A DNA stretch of 64,000 bases from Dehalococcoidia bacterium (lineage in GTDB: Bacteria; Chloroflexota; Dehalococcoidia; UBA6926). The DNA is taken from assembly GCA_965205915.1 (NCBI GenBank), contig OZ242191.1, positions 21,410 through 85,409 on the forward strand, written 5' to 3'. The notes beneath the pieces were generated by a model. It saw only the letters and a program-made list of their open reading frames with translations, was not told the DNA's origin and made no database searches. The position numbers and the translations under genes are program-made. Below, piece after piece: positions 18,407 through 27,378 of this stretch (positions within the stretch are counted from its first letter, which is position 1; each line of letters starts with the position of its first letter).

Positions 18407-18652
18407 ATTCCCGCGTTCGCGGGAATGACGGGTGGGGGCGCGGGAATGACGGGTGGGGGCGCGGGAATGACGAGTGGGGGCGCGGGGATGACGGGTGGGG
18501 GCGCGGGAATGACGGGTGGGCGGCGCGGGGATGACGGGTGAGGGCGCGCGGGTGGGGGCGGTGGAATGACGGGTGGGGGCGCGGGGATGACGGGTGAGGG
18601 CTGCGGGAATGACGGGTGAGGGCTGCGGGAACGACGGGTGGTGGCGCGGGAA
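18407..18652. repeat. Hairpin repeat followed by about 12 tandem 22-bp units (GCGGGAATGACGGGTGGGGGCG)
   Basis: gattcccgcgttcgcgggaatgacgggtgggggcgcgggaatgacgggtgggggcgcgggaatgacgagtgggggcgcggggatgacgg.... Units abut directly and there are no spacers. Confidence 0.9.
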
Positions 18653-18685
18653 CGTCAAAATAAGGCGTGCGATAATGATTCTGTA

Positions 18686-19807
18686 ATGACGACACAGCGA
18701 ACGCGCCTTTCTGTGCCTCTATTTGACCGGCTTGTGCCCCGCTATCGGGACATGAAGCCGTATGAGCCAGTTGCGCCGCCGGAGCGGTTGCAGGCGGAGA
18801 GCGGGGTAGGCAAGGAGGGCATCGTTCGCCTGAACGCGAATGAGAATCCGTATGGCCCTCCGCCGCGAGTTCGCGAGGTGATTGCGTCGTTTGACGCGGC
18901 ACACATCTATCCGGACCCGGATCACGCGGCCCTGCGCGCCGGCCTTGCACGATATACGGGTTTCGACGTTGAACGCATCGTCGCGGGGTCTGGCAGCGAC
19001 GAGTTGATCGCCCTGTTGGTCAGGCTCTTTGTGGGACCCGGCGATACCGTCGTCACCACGCCGCCGACGTTTGGGATGTACGCGGTAGAAGCGGATCTTG
19101 CGGGGGCGCGCTTTGTTGGCGTGCCGCGCAATGTGGAGGATTTCTCCATTGACGTGCCGGGACTCGTTGAGGCGGCGCGGGGCGCGTCCATCGTATTTTT
19201 TTCGACACCCAACAATCCGACGGGCAACAGCGTTTCCGAGGCGGAGATTCGAGCAGTCGCGGAGACCGAGACTCTCACCGTCGTCGATGAAGCCTATGCG
19301 GAGTTTTCCGGAAGGTCGCTCATGCCGCTGGTGGATGAGTACCCCAATCTCATTTTTCTGCGAACGTTCAGCAAGTGGGCCGGGTTGGCCGGGCTGCGCG
19401 TCGGCTACGGCATTTTCCCCGCCGATCTTGCCGCGATTCTCATGACGGTGAAGCCGCCGTATAACGTCAGCACTCTGGCGCAGGTGGCGGCGATTGCGGC
19501 CATTGATGACCTGGACGCGGCGATGGCAACGGTCAATACCATCGTGCGTGAACGCGCGGTGCTGGAGGAGGCGTTGCGGTCGCTGCCGAGCGTCCACGTC
19601 TATCCGTCAGATGCCAACTTCCTGCTTGTGCGGTTCCTTGAGCACGATGCAAAGGGGCTGCACGCGGCACTGCTGCGTCGAGGCATCGCCTTGCGGCATT
19701 TCAGCACGCCTGAGTTGCGGGACTGCATCCGGATAAGCGTGGGACGGCCGCGAGACCATGAGCGAATGCTTGCGGCCCTGCGTGAGGAGATGGAGGCGCA
19801 GCGATGA
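18686..19807 (+). CDS. hisC: Histidinol-phosphate aminotransferase
   Basis: ...RLNANENPYGPP...YPDPDH...NNPTGN...FSKWAGLAGLRVGY (PLP Lys motif). Alternative start at 18752 (MKPYEP). Confidence 0.85.
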   Translation: MTTQRTRLSVPLFDRLVPRYRDMKPYEPVAPPERLQAESGVGKEGIVRLNANENPYGPPPRVREVIASFDAAHIYPDPDHAALRAGLARYTGFDVERIVAGSGSDELIALLVRLFVGPGDTVVTTPPTFGMYAVEADLAGARFVGVPRNVEDFSIDVPGLVEAARGASIVFFSTPNNPTGNSVSEAEIRAVAETETLTVVDEAYAEFSGRSLMPLVDEYPNLIFLRTFSKWAGLAGLRVGYGIFPADLAAILMTVKPPYNVSTLAQVAAIAAIDDLDAAMATVNTIVRERAVLEEALRSLPSVHVYPSDANFLLVRFLEHDAKGLHAALLRRGIALRHFSTPELRDCIRISVGRPRDHERMLAALREEMEAQR

Positions 19808-20421
19808 CGGGGCAGGGAACACCGGCGCCGCGGCAGGCCACCGTGCGGCGAGAGACACGCGAGAGCGTCATTGAGGTAACGCTGAATCTTGATGGCGCGG
19901 CGACGTACGATGTCAGCACCGGGTCACTTATGTTGAATCACCTCATCGATCAGTTGGGGCGGCACAGCGGTTTCGACCTTACGGTGCGCGCCGAGGGGCT
20001 GAAAGACCCGGACGGGCACCACACGGCGGAGGACACGGGCATCGTGATTGGGCGCGCGCTTGGCGAGGCGCTCGGCGACCGGACGGGCATCCGTCGCATG
20101 GGCCATGCAATAGTGCCGCTGGACGATGCGCTTATCACCGTCGCCGTTGACCTTAGCGGGCGGGGCTACGCCGTCATTCCACTTACGTTTTCGACGCCGA
20201 TGATGGGCGATCTTCGCACTGAACTGGTTTCTCACGTCCTGGAGTCAATCGCACGTGAGGCGCGGATAAATCTGCACGTTGTACAGAACGCCGGAGTAAA
20301 TGACCACCATATCGCGGAGGCGACGTTCAAGGCGCTGGCAAAGGCGCTGGATTCTGCCACGCGGCAGGATGAGCGGTTCACGGGCGTCGCGCCATCCACG
20401 AAGGGGACGCTGACAGGATAG
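19804..20421 (+). CDS. hisB: Imidazoleglycerol-phosphate dehydratase
   Basis: RETRESVIEVTLNLDG...GFDLTVRAEGL...DGHHTAEDTGIVIG...NLHVVQNAGVNDHHIAEATFKALA. Confidence 0.9.
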   Translation: MTGQGTPAPRQATVRRETRESVIEVTLNLDGAATYDVSTGSLMLNHLIDQLGRHSGFDLTVRAEGLKDPDGHHTAEDTGIVIGRALGEALGDRTGIRRMGHAIVPLDDALITVAVDLSGRGYAVIPLTFSTPMMGDLRTELVSHVLESIAREARINLHVVQNAGVNDHHIAEATFKALAKALDSATRQDERFTGVAPSTKGTLTG

Positions 20422-20426
20422 GGCGG

Positions 20427-20470
20427 CGGCCCCCCCTCACCCTAACCCTCTCCCCGAGGGAGAGGGGATT
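20427..20470. repeat. Second repeat family: CCCTCACCCTAACCCTCTCCC(N)GAGGGAGAGGGGAT(T-rich). Hairpin-forming; terminator-like here, downstream of hisB
   Basis: ccccctcaccctaaccctctccccgagggagaggggatttttcg. A near-identical copy lies at 38455-38497 in the same orientation. Confidence 0.6.
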
Positions 20471-20555
20471 TTTCGCGTTTCCGCGTTCCGGCGATGGCGG
20501 TTACTGGCGCTTCTTCCGGGTTCCCGTGTCAAGCACGGGAATGGCGAGACCGGCG

Positions 20556-20816
20556 TTATTCGGTTTCTGAGACCTCGAACCGATAATCTTCAATAACCGG
20601 ATTTGCCAGCAGTTGGCGGCACATTTCCGTTGCGCGTGTTTCCGCGGCCTCTTGTGAGGGGGCCTCGCCGAGTTGGATTTCAAGGTAGCGGCCCGCGCGC
20701 ACGGCGGAGACGGAATCGTAGCCGAGGCTCTTTAGCCCGCCCAGGATTGAGAGGCCCTGCGGATCGACAACGCCGGGCTTGGGTGTGACGTAGATGCGCG
20801 CGAGGTAGTTTGCCAT
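20556..20816 (-). CDS. purS: Phosphoribosylformylglycinamidine synthase subunit PurS
   Basis: MANYLARIYVTPKPGVVDPQGLSILGGLKSLGYDSVSAVRAGRYLEIQL...; start at the internal Met of the track ORF (86 aa). Confidence 0.8.
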   Translation of the reverse strand: MANYLARIYVTPKPGVVDPQGLSILGGLKSLGYDSVSAVRAGRYLEIQLGEAPSQEAAETRATEMCRQLLANPVIEDYRFEVSETE

Positions 20817-20841
20817 TCTGTCGATAAGGCGGGGCAGCCCG

Positions 20842-21033
20842 CTAGCTTTCGCGTTGGCTGTCTGCGCCGTTCGGATGGTTGCGGCGGCGCATTCGCTGTA
20901 CGGCCATGACGGCGAGCGTGGCGGCCAAGGTGCCAAAGATGACGGGCAGGAACAGCTTGACGGTTATCGGCATCTCGCTGAATTGGGAGACGCCCCAGAC
21001 GGTGGAGATTGCGCCGGCGATGGTGTAGGACAT
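20842..21033 (-). CDS. Possible small membrane protein between purC and purS
   Basis: MSYTIAGAISTVWGVSQFSEMPITVKLFLPVIFGTLAATLAVMAVQRM (two hydrophobic helices). Weakly supported; could be spurious. Confidence 0.25.
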   Translation of the reverse strand: MSYTIAGAISTVWGVSQFSEMPITVKLFLPVIFGTLAATLAVMAVQRMRRRNHPNGADSQRES

Positions 21034-21083
21034 GATGGCGGCGGCAAGGATGATTACCCCGCCCAACAGCACTCTGCCGATGC

Positions 21084-21986
21084 TCACAGCGCCAGCTCCT
21101 GCTTCGTGAGCATCCGGTAGACATCGCGGTACTTGTCGATGGTCTGTTGCACGATGTCGTCGGGAAGTTCGGGCGCGGGCGGTTCGCGATTCCAGCCGGA
21201 CTCCGTCAGCCAATCGCGGATGATCTGCTTGTCAAAGCTGGGCTGCGGCTTGCCGGCCTCGAAGATGGAGGCGTCCCAGTAGCGGGAGGAATCGGGGGTT
21301 AGTAGTTCGTCGATGACGGAGATCTTGCCGTCGATGATGCCGAACTCGAACTTGGTGTCGGCGAGGATGACGCCCATTGCCTGTGAATACTCGGAGGCCA
21401 TGCGGTAGAGGGCGAGGCTGTGCTCTTCCAACGGCCAGGCGATGTTGCCGCCCACACGCTTCCAGAGCTCATCAATCGTTAGGGGCAGATCGTGGCCGGT
21501 CTCCTCCTTGGTGGTGGGCGTGAAGAGGGGAGTTTCAAATGCCTGGCTGTCGACCATGTCGGCCGGTAGTTCGTAGCCCTGCACCGTGCCTGATTTGCGG
21601 TATTCCGCGAGGGCGGAGCCGGTGATGTAGCCGCGCACGACACATTCGATGTCGATGCGCTCGGCCTTTTTGACGACCATGGCGCGGCGGGCGGTTGGCT
21701 CATCGAGGTCGCCGAGCTTGTATTGATTGGCGATCTCCGGCTCATAGGCCATGCCGATGAAGTGGTTGGGGAACTCATGGCCGGAGCGTCGGAACCAGAA
21801 GGCGGAGATCTCCGAGAGGACGATGCCGCGACCGGGCACGCCGGTGGGCATGACGACATCAAAGGCGGAGACGCGATCCGTGGCGACGAGCAGCAGCGTG
21901 TCGTTGCCGAGATCATACGTATCGCGAACCTTGCCGCGATGGATCATCGGGAAGGAGAGTTGGGTTTCAAGCAGGGCGTCTGTCAT
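21084..21986 (-). CDS. purC: Phosphoribosylaminoimidazole-succinocarboxamide synthase (SAICAR synthetase)
   Basis: ...MIHRGKVRDTYDLGNDTLLLVATDRVSAFDVVMPTGVPGRG...YITGSA...ILADTKFEFG. Confidence 0.9.
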   Translation of the reverse strand: MTDALLETQLSFPMIHRGKVRDTYDLGNDTLLLVATDRVSAFDVVMPTGVPGRGIVLSEISAFWFRRSGHEFPNHFIGMAYEPEIANQYKLGDLDEPTARRAMVVKKAERIDIECVVRGYITGSALAEYRKSGTVQGYELPADMVDSQAFETPLFTPTTKEETGHDLPLTIDELWKRVGGNIAWPLEEHSLALYRMASEYSQAMGVILADTKFEFGIIDGKISVIDELLTPDSSRYWDASIFEAGKPQPSFDKQIIRDWLTESGWNREPPAPELPDDIVQQTIDKYRDVYRMLTKQELAL

Positions 21987-22038
21987 GGCTCAATTGTAGC
22001 GCACGGGGTGGGCGTGGCGACGGGGGTAACACGCCACA

Positions 22039-22380
22039 TTGATGGGCATGTTGGCAGGGTTGATGATGCTGTCTGTCCTGAGCCTGATCCTGGTGATTCC
22101 GGGGCTGCTGGATGCTCTTGCGTCGGCGGTCGGCGAGATGGCGGAGGGTGATACGTCGCCCTTTGAGGTGATTTCTACCGTCGTCAGCCTGGTTGTTGCA
22201 ATCTGGAGCATCACCCTCGCAATCATTTTGATTCGTGAGAACTATCGGCTGAGTACGGGGATTGCAGTGCTGAGCGGCATCGCGTCGTTCTTTGCCGTAG
22301 CCATCATAGGAATCATCTTTTTCTTCATGCTGATCCTCTTCATCGTGATGATCGCCATCGGCGTAGGCATCGCGACTTAA
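22039..22380 (+). CDS. Small Yip1-like integral membrane protein (short paralog of the downstream array)
   Basis: 113 aa with 3-4 TM helices and the shared ILIRENYRLSTG motif. Confidence 0.5.
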   Translation: MMGMLAGLMMLSVLSLILVIPGLLDALASAVGEMAEGDTSPFEVISTVVSLVVAIWSITLAIILIRENYRLSTGIAVLSGIASFFAVAIIGIIFFFMLILFIVMIAIGVGIAT

Positions 22381-22520
22381 GCGGTAGGGCGTATTTTCGA
22401 CAACCGTGTAGAGAGAGGCGTGCGGGCTGCGCTTTCGCCCAGCCCGCACGCCTTCTTTTTTGTGCCTCGCCCACCAAGACATTCAATTGCGCGTAGACTG
22501 CGTGGCAGGGGAGTGATGCC

Positions 22521-23240
22521 ATGAACGCCGGTCAAACTACCGACCCACCGCGCCGATATGGAGGCAATTCTCAGGCGCCTGACCTGACAGAGCTTCCCCG
22601 ATGGTACTTGGGCCTGATAATTGCGCCCGTGCGCACAATCCAGGAGTTCGTCAGGAGGCAAGCCAAGTGGGTGGGGTTGGTGACGCTGTTGATTGTTGCG
22701 ATCGTCAACCTCGTTGTCGTGATTGCATTGGGCGTCAGAAGCCTATGGTTAGGCTCAGTCGACGGAGTTGACGCAGGCACAATATCTCTGTTGATCCTGG
22801 GGGAACTGATCGGCATCACGCTTCTGGTGGTCCTGCTCTTCGTCCTGGCATTGCTGGCACACGGCTTTTCCAGGATGCTCGGAGGCAAGGGGTCGTTTCT
22901 CGGCATGTTGTCCGGGCTGATGTTATTGTCCATCTTGACTCTGTTGAGCTTCGCAACTTCACCAGTCCTCACGCTGGCTCGTTTGTCAGATGTTTGGAGT
23001 CCGTCAGGACTAATAGAAGAAGCGTTAACTGTGACGGCAGTCAATTGGATCATGTACCTGTGGCCGTTTACCCTGGCCTTCATTCTCGTGCGGGAGAACT
23101 ATCAGTTGACCACGGGCAGGGCAGTAGTGAGTTGGCTGGGCGCCTCCGCCGTCGTCTTTGTCATTGTTGCCGTGCCGATTCTGTTGTTCTTGCTTCTGCT
23201 ATATGGCTTGGGTTCGTCAATGGGATATGGACAGGCCTAG
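22521..23240 (+). CDS. Yip1-family (DUF1282-like) integral membrane protein, paralog 1
   Basis: 239 aa, 5 predicted TM helices. N-terminal LPRWYLGLIIAPVRTIQEFVRR and C-terminal FILVRENYQLTTG motifs are shared with neighbours. Confidence 0.6.
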   Translation: MNAGQTTDPPRRYGGNSQAPDLTELPRWYLGLIIAPVRTIQEFVRRQAKWVGLVTLLIVAIVNLVVVIALGVRSLWLGSVDGVDAGTISLLILGELIGITLLVVLLFVLALLAHGFSRMLGGKGSFLGMLSGLMLLSILTLLSFATSPVLTLARLSDVWSPSGLIEEALTVTAVNWIMYLWPFTLAFILVRENYQLTTGRAVVSWLGASAVVFVIVAVPILLFLLLLYGLGSSMGYGQA

Positions 23241-23966
23241 ATGCTCAGCGCGCAGCCTGAGGGCAACAGCCCGCCTCCCGTCGACTACAACCCGGACGAG
23301 TTTTGGTTGCGGACGCTTTTGCGGTGGTATATCGGGCTGGTAATTCGGCCCTCGCCGACGATACGGGAGATTGTGGAGCGGCGGCCGGTGTTGGCGGGGG
23401 TGGGGACGGCTGTTGTAGGGAGTGCGATGTCTGTTGTGGTCTATGATGCTGCGTATCAGTTACTTGAATTTCAGTCTTTGTCGATTGATCAAGTGAACTC
23501 GGGTGAAGTTCAAGTCGGACTTGTCGCTATTCCCTTGTGGTGCGCTTTGATCGTCAGCGCATTTACACTCTGGTCGCTAGTTATTCATTGGATCGCGGAA
23601 CGGTTTGGAAACCGCGCAAGCTTTCATAGGACCTTTTCTGCGATGTTGGTTATCTCTGCGATCCTTTTCGCGGTGTTTTCAAGCGGAATTCTGGCGGCTT
23701 CCCTAATCATTGACCCTGGAAGCCCCAGAATCTTCAAGGATGCGCTCCACACGGTAACAAATGTAACGCTAGCACTCACTGTTGTCGGGTTACTTTGGAT
23801 CTGCTCCCTGTCTGCAATCATGGTCAAGGAGCAATACGACCTCCATATAGGGAAAGCTGCTCTGGCGGTTGCCTTGAGCATCATTCCGACCTTCGTACTG
23901 GGGTACGTACTACTAGGTCTGCTGTTGCTTGCGGCATTATTTAGCGGCCTCGCTTCATTCGGATAA
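23241..23966 (+). CDS. Yip1-family integral membrane protein, paralog 2
   Basis: PPVDYNPDEFWLRTLLRWYIGLVIRPSPTIREIVERRPV is almost identical to the N-terminus of paralog 3; multi-TM. Confidence 0.6.
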   Translation: MLSAQPEGNSPPPVDYNPDEFWLRTLLRWYIGLVIRPSPTIREIVERRPVLAGVGTAVVGSAMSVVVYDAAYQLLEFQSLSIDQVNSGEVQVGLVAIPLWCALIVSAFTLWSLVIHWIAERFGNRASFHRTFSAMLVISAILFAVFSSGILAASLIIDPGSPRIFKDALHTVTNVTLALTVVGLLWICSLSAIMVKEQYDLHIGKAALAVALSIIPTFVLGYVLLGLLLLAALFSGLASFG

Positions 23967-24002
23967 TCCACTGGCTTGCCCCCCACCGCGTAGTATGGAT
24001 AG

Positions 24003-24080
24003 ATGTTTATTGATCCGACGGCGGAGTTGAGTGGCGGGCGGGGCGGGGTGCATCTCCCACGAGAACGCTTTTGCGCGTAG
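24003..24080 (+). pseudogene. Remnant 5' fragment of a paralog-4-type gene (MFIDPTAELSGGRGG...), truncated after 25 codons
   Basis: cgcgtagtatggatagATGtttattgatccgacggcggagttgagtggcgggcggggcggg matches 24880-24945 (the leader and start of the 24897 gene). Confidence 0.4.
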
Positions 24081-24104
24081 ACTGCGTGGCAGGGGAGTGA
24101 TGCC

Positions 24105-24842
24105 ATGACCTTTGACGAAACTGCGCTACAACAATCCGGCGGCAACGCCTCGCCTCCGGTCGGCTACAACCCGGACGAGTTTTGGTTGCGGATGCTTTTG
24201 CGGTGGTATATCGGGCTGGTGATTCGGCCTTCGCCGACGATACGGGAGATTGTGGAGCGGCGGCCGGTGTGGGTGGGGTTGGGGACGGCTGTTTGTGTTT
24301 CCATGATTCTTGAAGGGCTCAGTGAAGTCCTTTACTCCAACCGCGACTTTTCCAACCGCGACTTTTCTGGCTACTTGGAAACCCTTGCGATTATTGGAAT
24401 CCGAACACTGGTCTACTTCCTACTCGCTTGTTTGCTGGCGGCTCTTTTTGCGCTTATTGGGCATCTCATTAACAGCGTGATAGGCAGTTCAGGTTCTTTC
24501 ACCGGCTCTTTTTCGGCTGTGGCGATGCTCAATGTACTGAGGTTCGTCTGGTTGATTCCAATTGCTGCAGAGCAAGCTGGTTTGGGAATCCGATTCGATG
24601 ACCCCTCTCTTCCGTTAGATCCCTTTCCCGCGTGGTTCGCCCCATGGGGCATCAACTGGTTGACTTTACTGCCGATTGTCGTATGGGGGATTATTCTCGC
24701 GGCCATCGTCTTTCGCGAGAATTATGCTCTGTCCAATATTCAGGCATTTGTGTCTACCTTCGCATCGCTCGTGGCAGTTGTTGCTATTTGGGTGTTGCTA
24801 CTGTTTATTGTTGTAGTTCTTCTATTTGCTGCACGAATTTGA
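24105..24842 (+). CDS. Yip1-family integral membrane protein, paralog 3
   Basis: SPPVGYNPDEFWLRMLLRWYIGLVIRPSPTIREIVERRPV...; the upstream leader gcgcgtagactgcgtggcaggggagtgatgccATG is identical to that at 22487-22523. Confidence 0.6.
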   Translation: MTFDETALQQSGGNASPPVGYNPDEFWLRMLLRWYIGLVIRPSPTIREIVERRPVWVGLGTAVCVSMILEGLSEVLYSNRDFSNRDFSGYLETLAIIGIRTLVYFLLACLLAALFALIGHLINSVIGSSGSFTGSFSAVAMLNVLRFVWLIPIAAEQAGLGIRFDDPSLPLDPFPAWFAPWGINWLTLLPIVVWGIILAAIVFRENYALSNIQAFVSTFASLVAVVAIWVLLLFIVVVLLFAARI

Positions 24843-24896
24843 CGCGGGTTAAGAGAGAAGCTTTGGCTTCCCCTCCAACCCGCGTAGTATGGATAG

Positions 24897-25541
24897 ATGT
24901 TCATTGATCCTTCGGCGGAGTTGAGTGACCGGCGGGGCGGGCAGGGGCGGAGCGCTGAGCGGCGTAAGCGGCCCGTGTTGTTCTATCTGCGCGGTATCGT
25001 GCGGACGCCTTCCTGGACGTTTAGCGATATCGCCATTGATCAGCCGACGCTAAGAGGCACGGGGGTCCTGCTGCTTGGGTTGGCGGTGGCCGGGGCGCTG
25101 TTTGGCGCGGGCGGGCTGTTTCCCGCTCTCGAGGGAGTAGCGGGGACGGCGCTGAGCGCGGCGGGGTTCGTCGTCGTGGGGTACGCATTCCTCCTGTTCT
25201 GGGTAGTGATGCTGCACCTTATTGCCAAGGTGTTCGAGGGCGAGGCGAGCATCGCGGAGGAGTTGTCGGCGATGACGTACGCGGCGCTGGCGCTGTGGCT
25301 ACTCGTGCCGATCTCGCTGTTATGGCTCGTGTCGGGCGGCGCTCAGCCGCTCGTGATGGTTCTGGGCGTGATGGTGACGACGCTGGCCGCGCTCAGGCTG
25401 ACATATATCGCGGTGCGTGAGGCGAATCGGTTCCTCGGCACGCAGGCGATCCTGACGATGCTTGCGCCGCCGCTGGGGCTGGGGCTGCTGGGGATCGGGA
25501 CGTTCTTCATCGTCGCGTTCGGGACGTTGATATTTGCCTAG
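24897..25541 (+). CDS. Yip1-family integral membrane protein, paralog 4
   Basis: 214 aa, multi-TM, YLRGIVRTPSWTFSDIAIDQP... Confidence 0.6.
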   Translation: MFIDPSAELSDRRGGQGRSAERRKRPVLFYLRGIVRTPSWTFSDIAIDQPTLRGTGVLLLGLAVAGALFGAGGLFPALEGVAGTALSAAGFVVVGYAFLLFWVVMLHLIAKVFEGEASIAEELSAMTYAALALWLLVPISLLWLVSGGAQPLVMVLGVMVTTLAALRLTYIAVREANRFLGTQAILTMLAPPLGLGLLGIGTFFIVAFGTLIFA

Positions 25542-25594
25542 GGCTGCAAACCCAGACCCATCGCGTATACTGAGGGCAGTGGCAGGGAGGTAGC

Positions 25595-25810
25595 ATGACG
25601 ATTCCGCACATACCTGAGTTGATTATCATCCTGGCGATTATCCTGTTGATCTTTGGGGGTCGCAAGCTGCCTGAGGTGGCGCGCTCCATGGGGAGTTCGA
25701 TCCGCGAGTTCCGCAAAGGGGCGCAGTTGGAGGAGGGCAAGTCGTCGGAGGAGTCTGACACGTCCTCAGAGGCCGCCAAGGAGCCGGACTCAACGACTGC
25801 CAAGACGTGA
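25595..25810 (+). CDS. tatA: Twin-arginine translocase TatA/E family protein
   Basis: MTIPHIPELIIILAIILLIFGGRKLPEVARSMGSSIREFRKG (canonical TatA TM plus amphipathic helix). Confidence 0.85.
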   Translation: MTIPHIPELIIILAIILLIFGGRKLPEVARSMGSSIREFRKGAQLEEGKSSEESDTSSEAAKEPDSTTAKT

Positions 25811-25840
25811 TCCTCTGATTTCAGAACGGTAAGATTAAGG

Positions 25841-25890
25841 GCGCCGCCGCAAGGCGGCGCTCCTGTTTCTGGCGCCGCCTTGCGGCGGCC
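25841..25890. terminator. GC-rich hairpin followed by a T-rich tract, downstream of tatA, with a second mirrored hairpin (candidate bidirectional terminator)
   Basis: gcgccgccgcaaggcggcgc tcctgtttct ggcgccgccttgcggcggcc. Confidence 0.55.
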
Positions 25891-25944
25891 AAAGCGTCGA
25901 TTCGCTCAGTAACGACAAGGCGATGAGTTAGGTATACTGCTGGC

Positions 25945-26208
25945 ATGTCAAAGAAACTTCAGGTTCTGTTGGATGACTTAGAGTATGAGATGATCCAGGC
26001 GGTCGCCAAATCCCGGGGGATGACCGTTTCGGAGTGGGTGCGGCAGGTGCTGCGCAAGGCCCTCCATGTGGACCCCAATTCCACTAAGAAACGTGCTTCC
26101 CCTGAGGAAAAACTCCGCGCCATAGCGAAGGCCTATCGCCACCAACACCCAACAGCCGATATCGAGGTCATGCTTGCTGAGATTGAGGCCGGCCGCAATC
26201 TCCAGTGA
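25945..26208 (+). CDS. vapB: Ribbon-helix-helix antitoxin (VapB-like), paralog of the 6146..6397 gene
   Basis: MSKKLQVLLDDLEYEMIQAVAKSRGMTVSEWVRQVLRKAL. Confidence 0.7.
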   Translation: MSKKLQVLLDDLEYEMIQAVAKSRGMTVSEWVRQVLRKALHVDPNSTKKRASPEEKLRAIAKAYRHQHPTADIEVMLAEIEAGRNLQ

Positions 26209-26211
26209 TAC

Positions 26212-26607
26212 GTGATATTCGTTGATTCAAACGTGCCCATGTATCTCGTGGGCGTTGATCACCCAAACAAAGACCGCGGCAACGACCGATTGAGGCAGTT
26301 TGCTGCGCAACGCGAACCTCTTGTCACGAGCGTGGAGGTCTACCAGGAGATTCTCCACAGATATGCAACAACCCGTCACCGTCAGGCCATAAATGATGCC
26401 TTCGATGCCCTCGATAGAATCGTCGATGCCGTCCTGACATTCGGCGTTGCTGAAGTTCGGGCAGCTAAGGAGATTGTCTACGAAATACGAGAGTTGTCGG
26501 CTCGTGATGCCCTTCACATAGCCGTCATGAACAGCGTCGGCATCAGCCGCATTTTTAGCTTTGACAGAGGGTTCGACTCCTACGCCGGCATTGAACGGTT
26601 GGGATGA
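26212..26607 (+). CDS. vapC: PIN-domain toxin (VapC), paralog of the 5728..6162 gene
   Basis: MIFVDSNVPMYLVGVDHPNK...ARDALHIAVMNSVGISRIFSFDRGFD. Confidence 0.8.
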   Translation: MIFVDSNVPMYLVGVDHPNKDRGNDRLRQFAAQREPLVTSVEVYQEILHRYATTRHRQAINDAFDALDRIVDAVLTFGVAEVRAAKEIVYEIRELSARDALHIAVMNSVGISRIFSFDRGFDSYAGIERLG

Positions 26608-26625
26608 CCTGCACCGGTAGGGTAG

Positions 26626-27378
26626 CTATCCGGATTCAGACCGCTTCCTCTGCCACGCCGCCAAACGCGCCATCAGCAGTCCAACCTCATATAGCGCCCA
26701 AATTGGGATGGCCCAGATGACCATGTTGATGGGGTCGCCGGTGGGGGTGATTATGGCGGCGGCGACGAATGAGAGCAGGAGCGCGCCCTTTCGCTTTTTG
26801 CGGAGGCTCGCGGGATCGATGATGTCGATGCGGGCGAGCAGGTACATGACCACGGGTATCTCAAAGAGCAAGCCCATCGCAAAGATGAGCCAGACCGTCG
26901 TGCCGACGATGCTCTCGACGCGGATCTGCGGAAGGATGTCCTCTCCAAGGAACTCGGGGAGAATCCGCATCATCACCGGTATCGGCACGAAGAACGCAAA
27001 TAAAATGCCGCCGATGAACAGGCCGCTCGTGATGGGCAGCGAGACGTAAAGGAAGGTCTTTTCCGTTCGGCTAAGGGCGGGCCGGACGAACATGACCGCC
27101 TGGTAGAGGATCATCGGGAAGGCCACGACAATTCCACCCAGCAGCGCAATCTTCATGCGAACGCGGATGCCTTCCAGGATGTCGATTTGAACGACTTCGA
27201 TGTCATCCGGGAACGGAATCAGCAGGACTTCGACGAGACGGTTGCCGATGGCGAACGCGCCTATCGCTCCGATGCCAACGACGATGAACGTCCACATGAG
27301 GCGAGTCCGCAGCTCCCGCAGGTGCGAGGAGAGCGGCATTGTCGCGACGGATACGCCCTCGGGTTCAGGAGTCGTCAC
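26626..27378 (-). CDS. tatC: Sec-independent protein translocase TatC
   Basis: ...LSSHLRELRTRLMWTFIVVGIGAIGAF...; six TM helices typical of TatC. Confidence 0.9.
   Translation of the reverse strand: MTTPEPEGVSVATMPLSSHLRELRTRLMWTFIVVGIGAIGAFAIGNRLVEVLLIPFPDDIEVVQIDILEGIRVRMKIALLGGIVVAFPMILYQAVMFVRPALSRTEKTFLYVSLPITSGLFIGGILFAFFVPIPVMMRILPEFLGEDILPQIRVESIVGTTVWLIFAMGLLFEIPVVMYLLARIDIIDPASLRKKRKGALLLSFVAAAIITPTGDPINMVIWAIPIWALYEVGLLMARLAAWQRKRSESG

Noticed and set aside
18407-18652. Possible CRISPR array (regular 21-22 bp direct repeats), also at 32400-32530
   Set aside because: Repeat units abut directly with no spacers. The unit is shorter than CRISPR repeats and is a half-site of the adjacent hairpin element. 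No cas genes are present.
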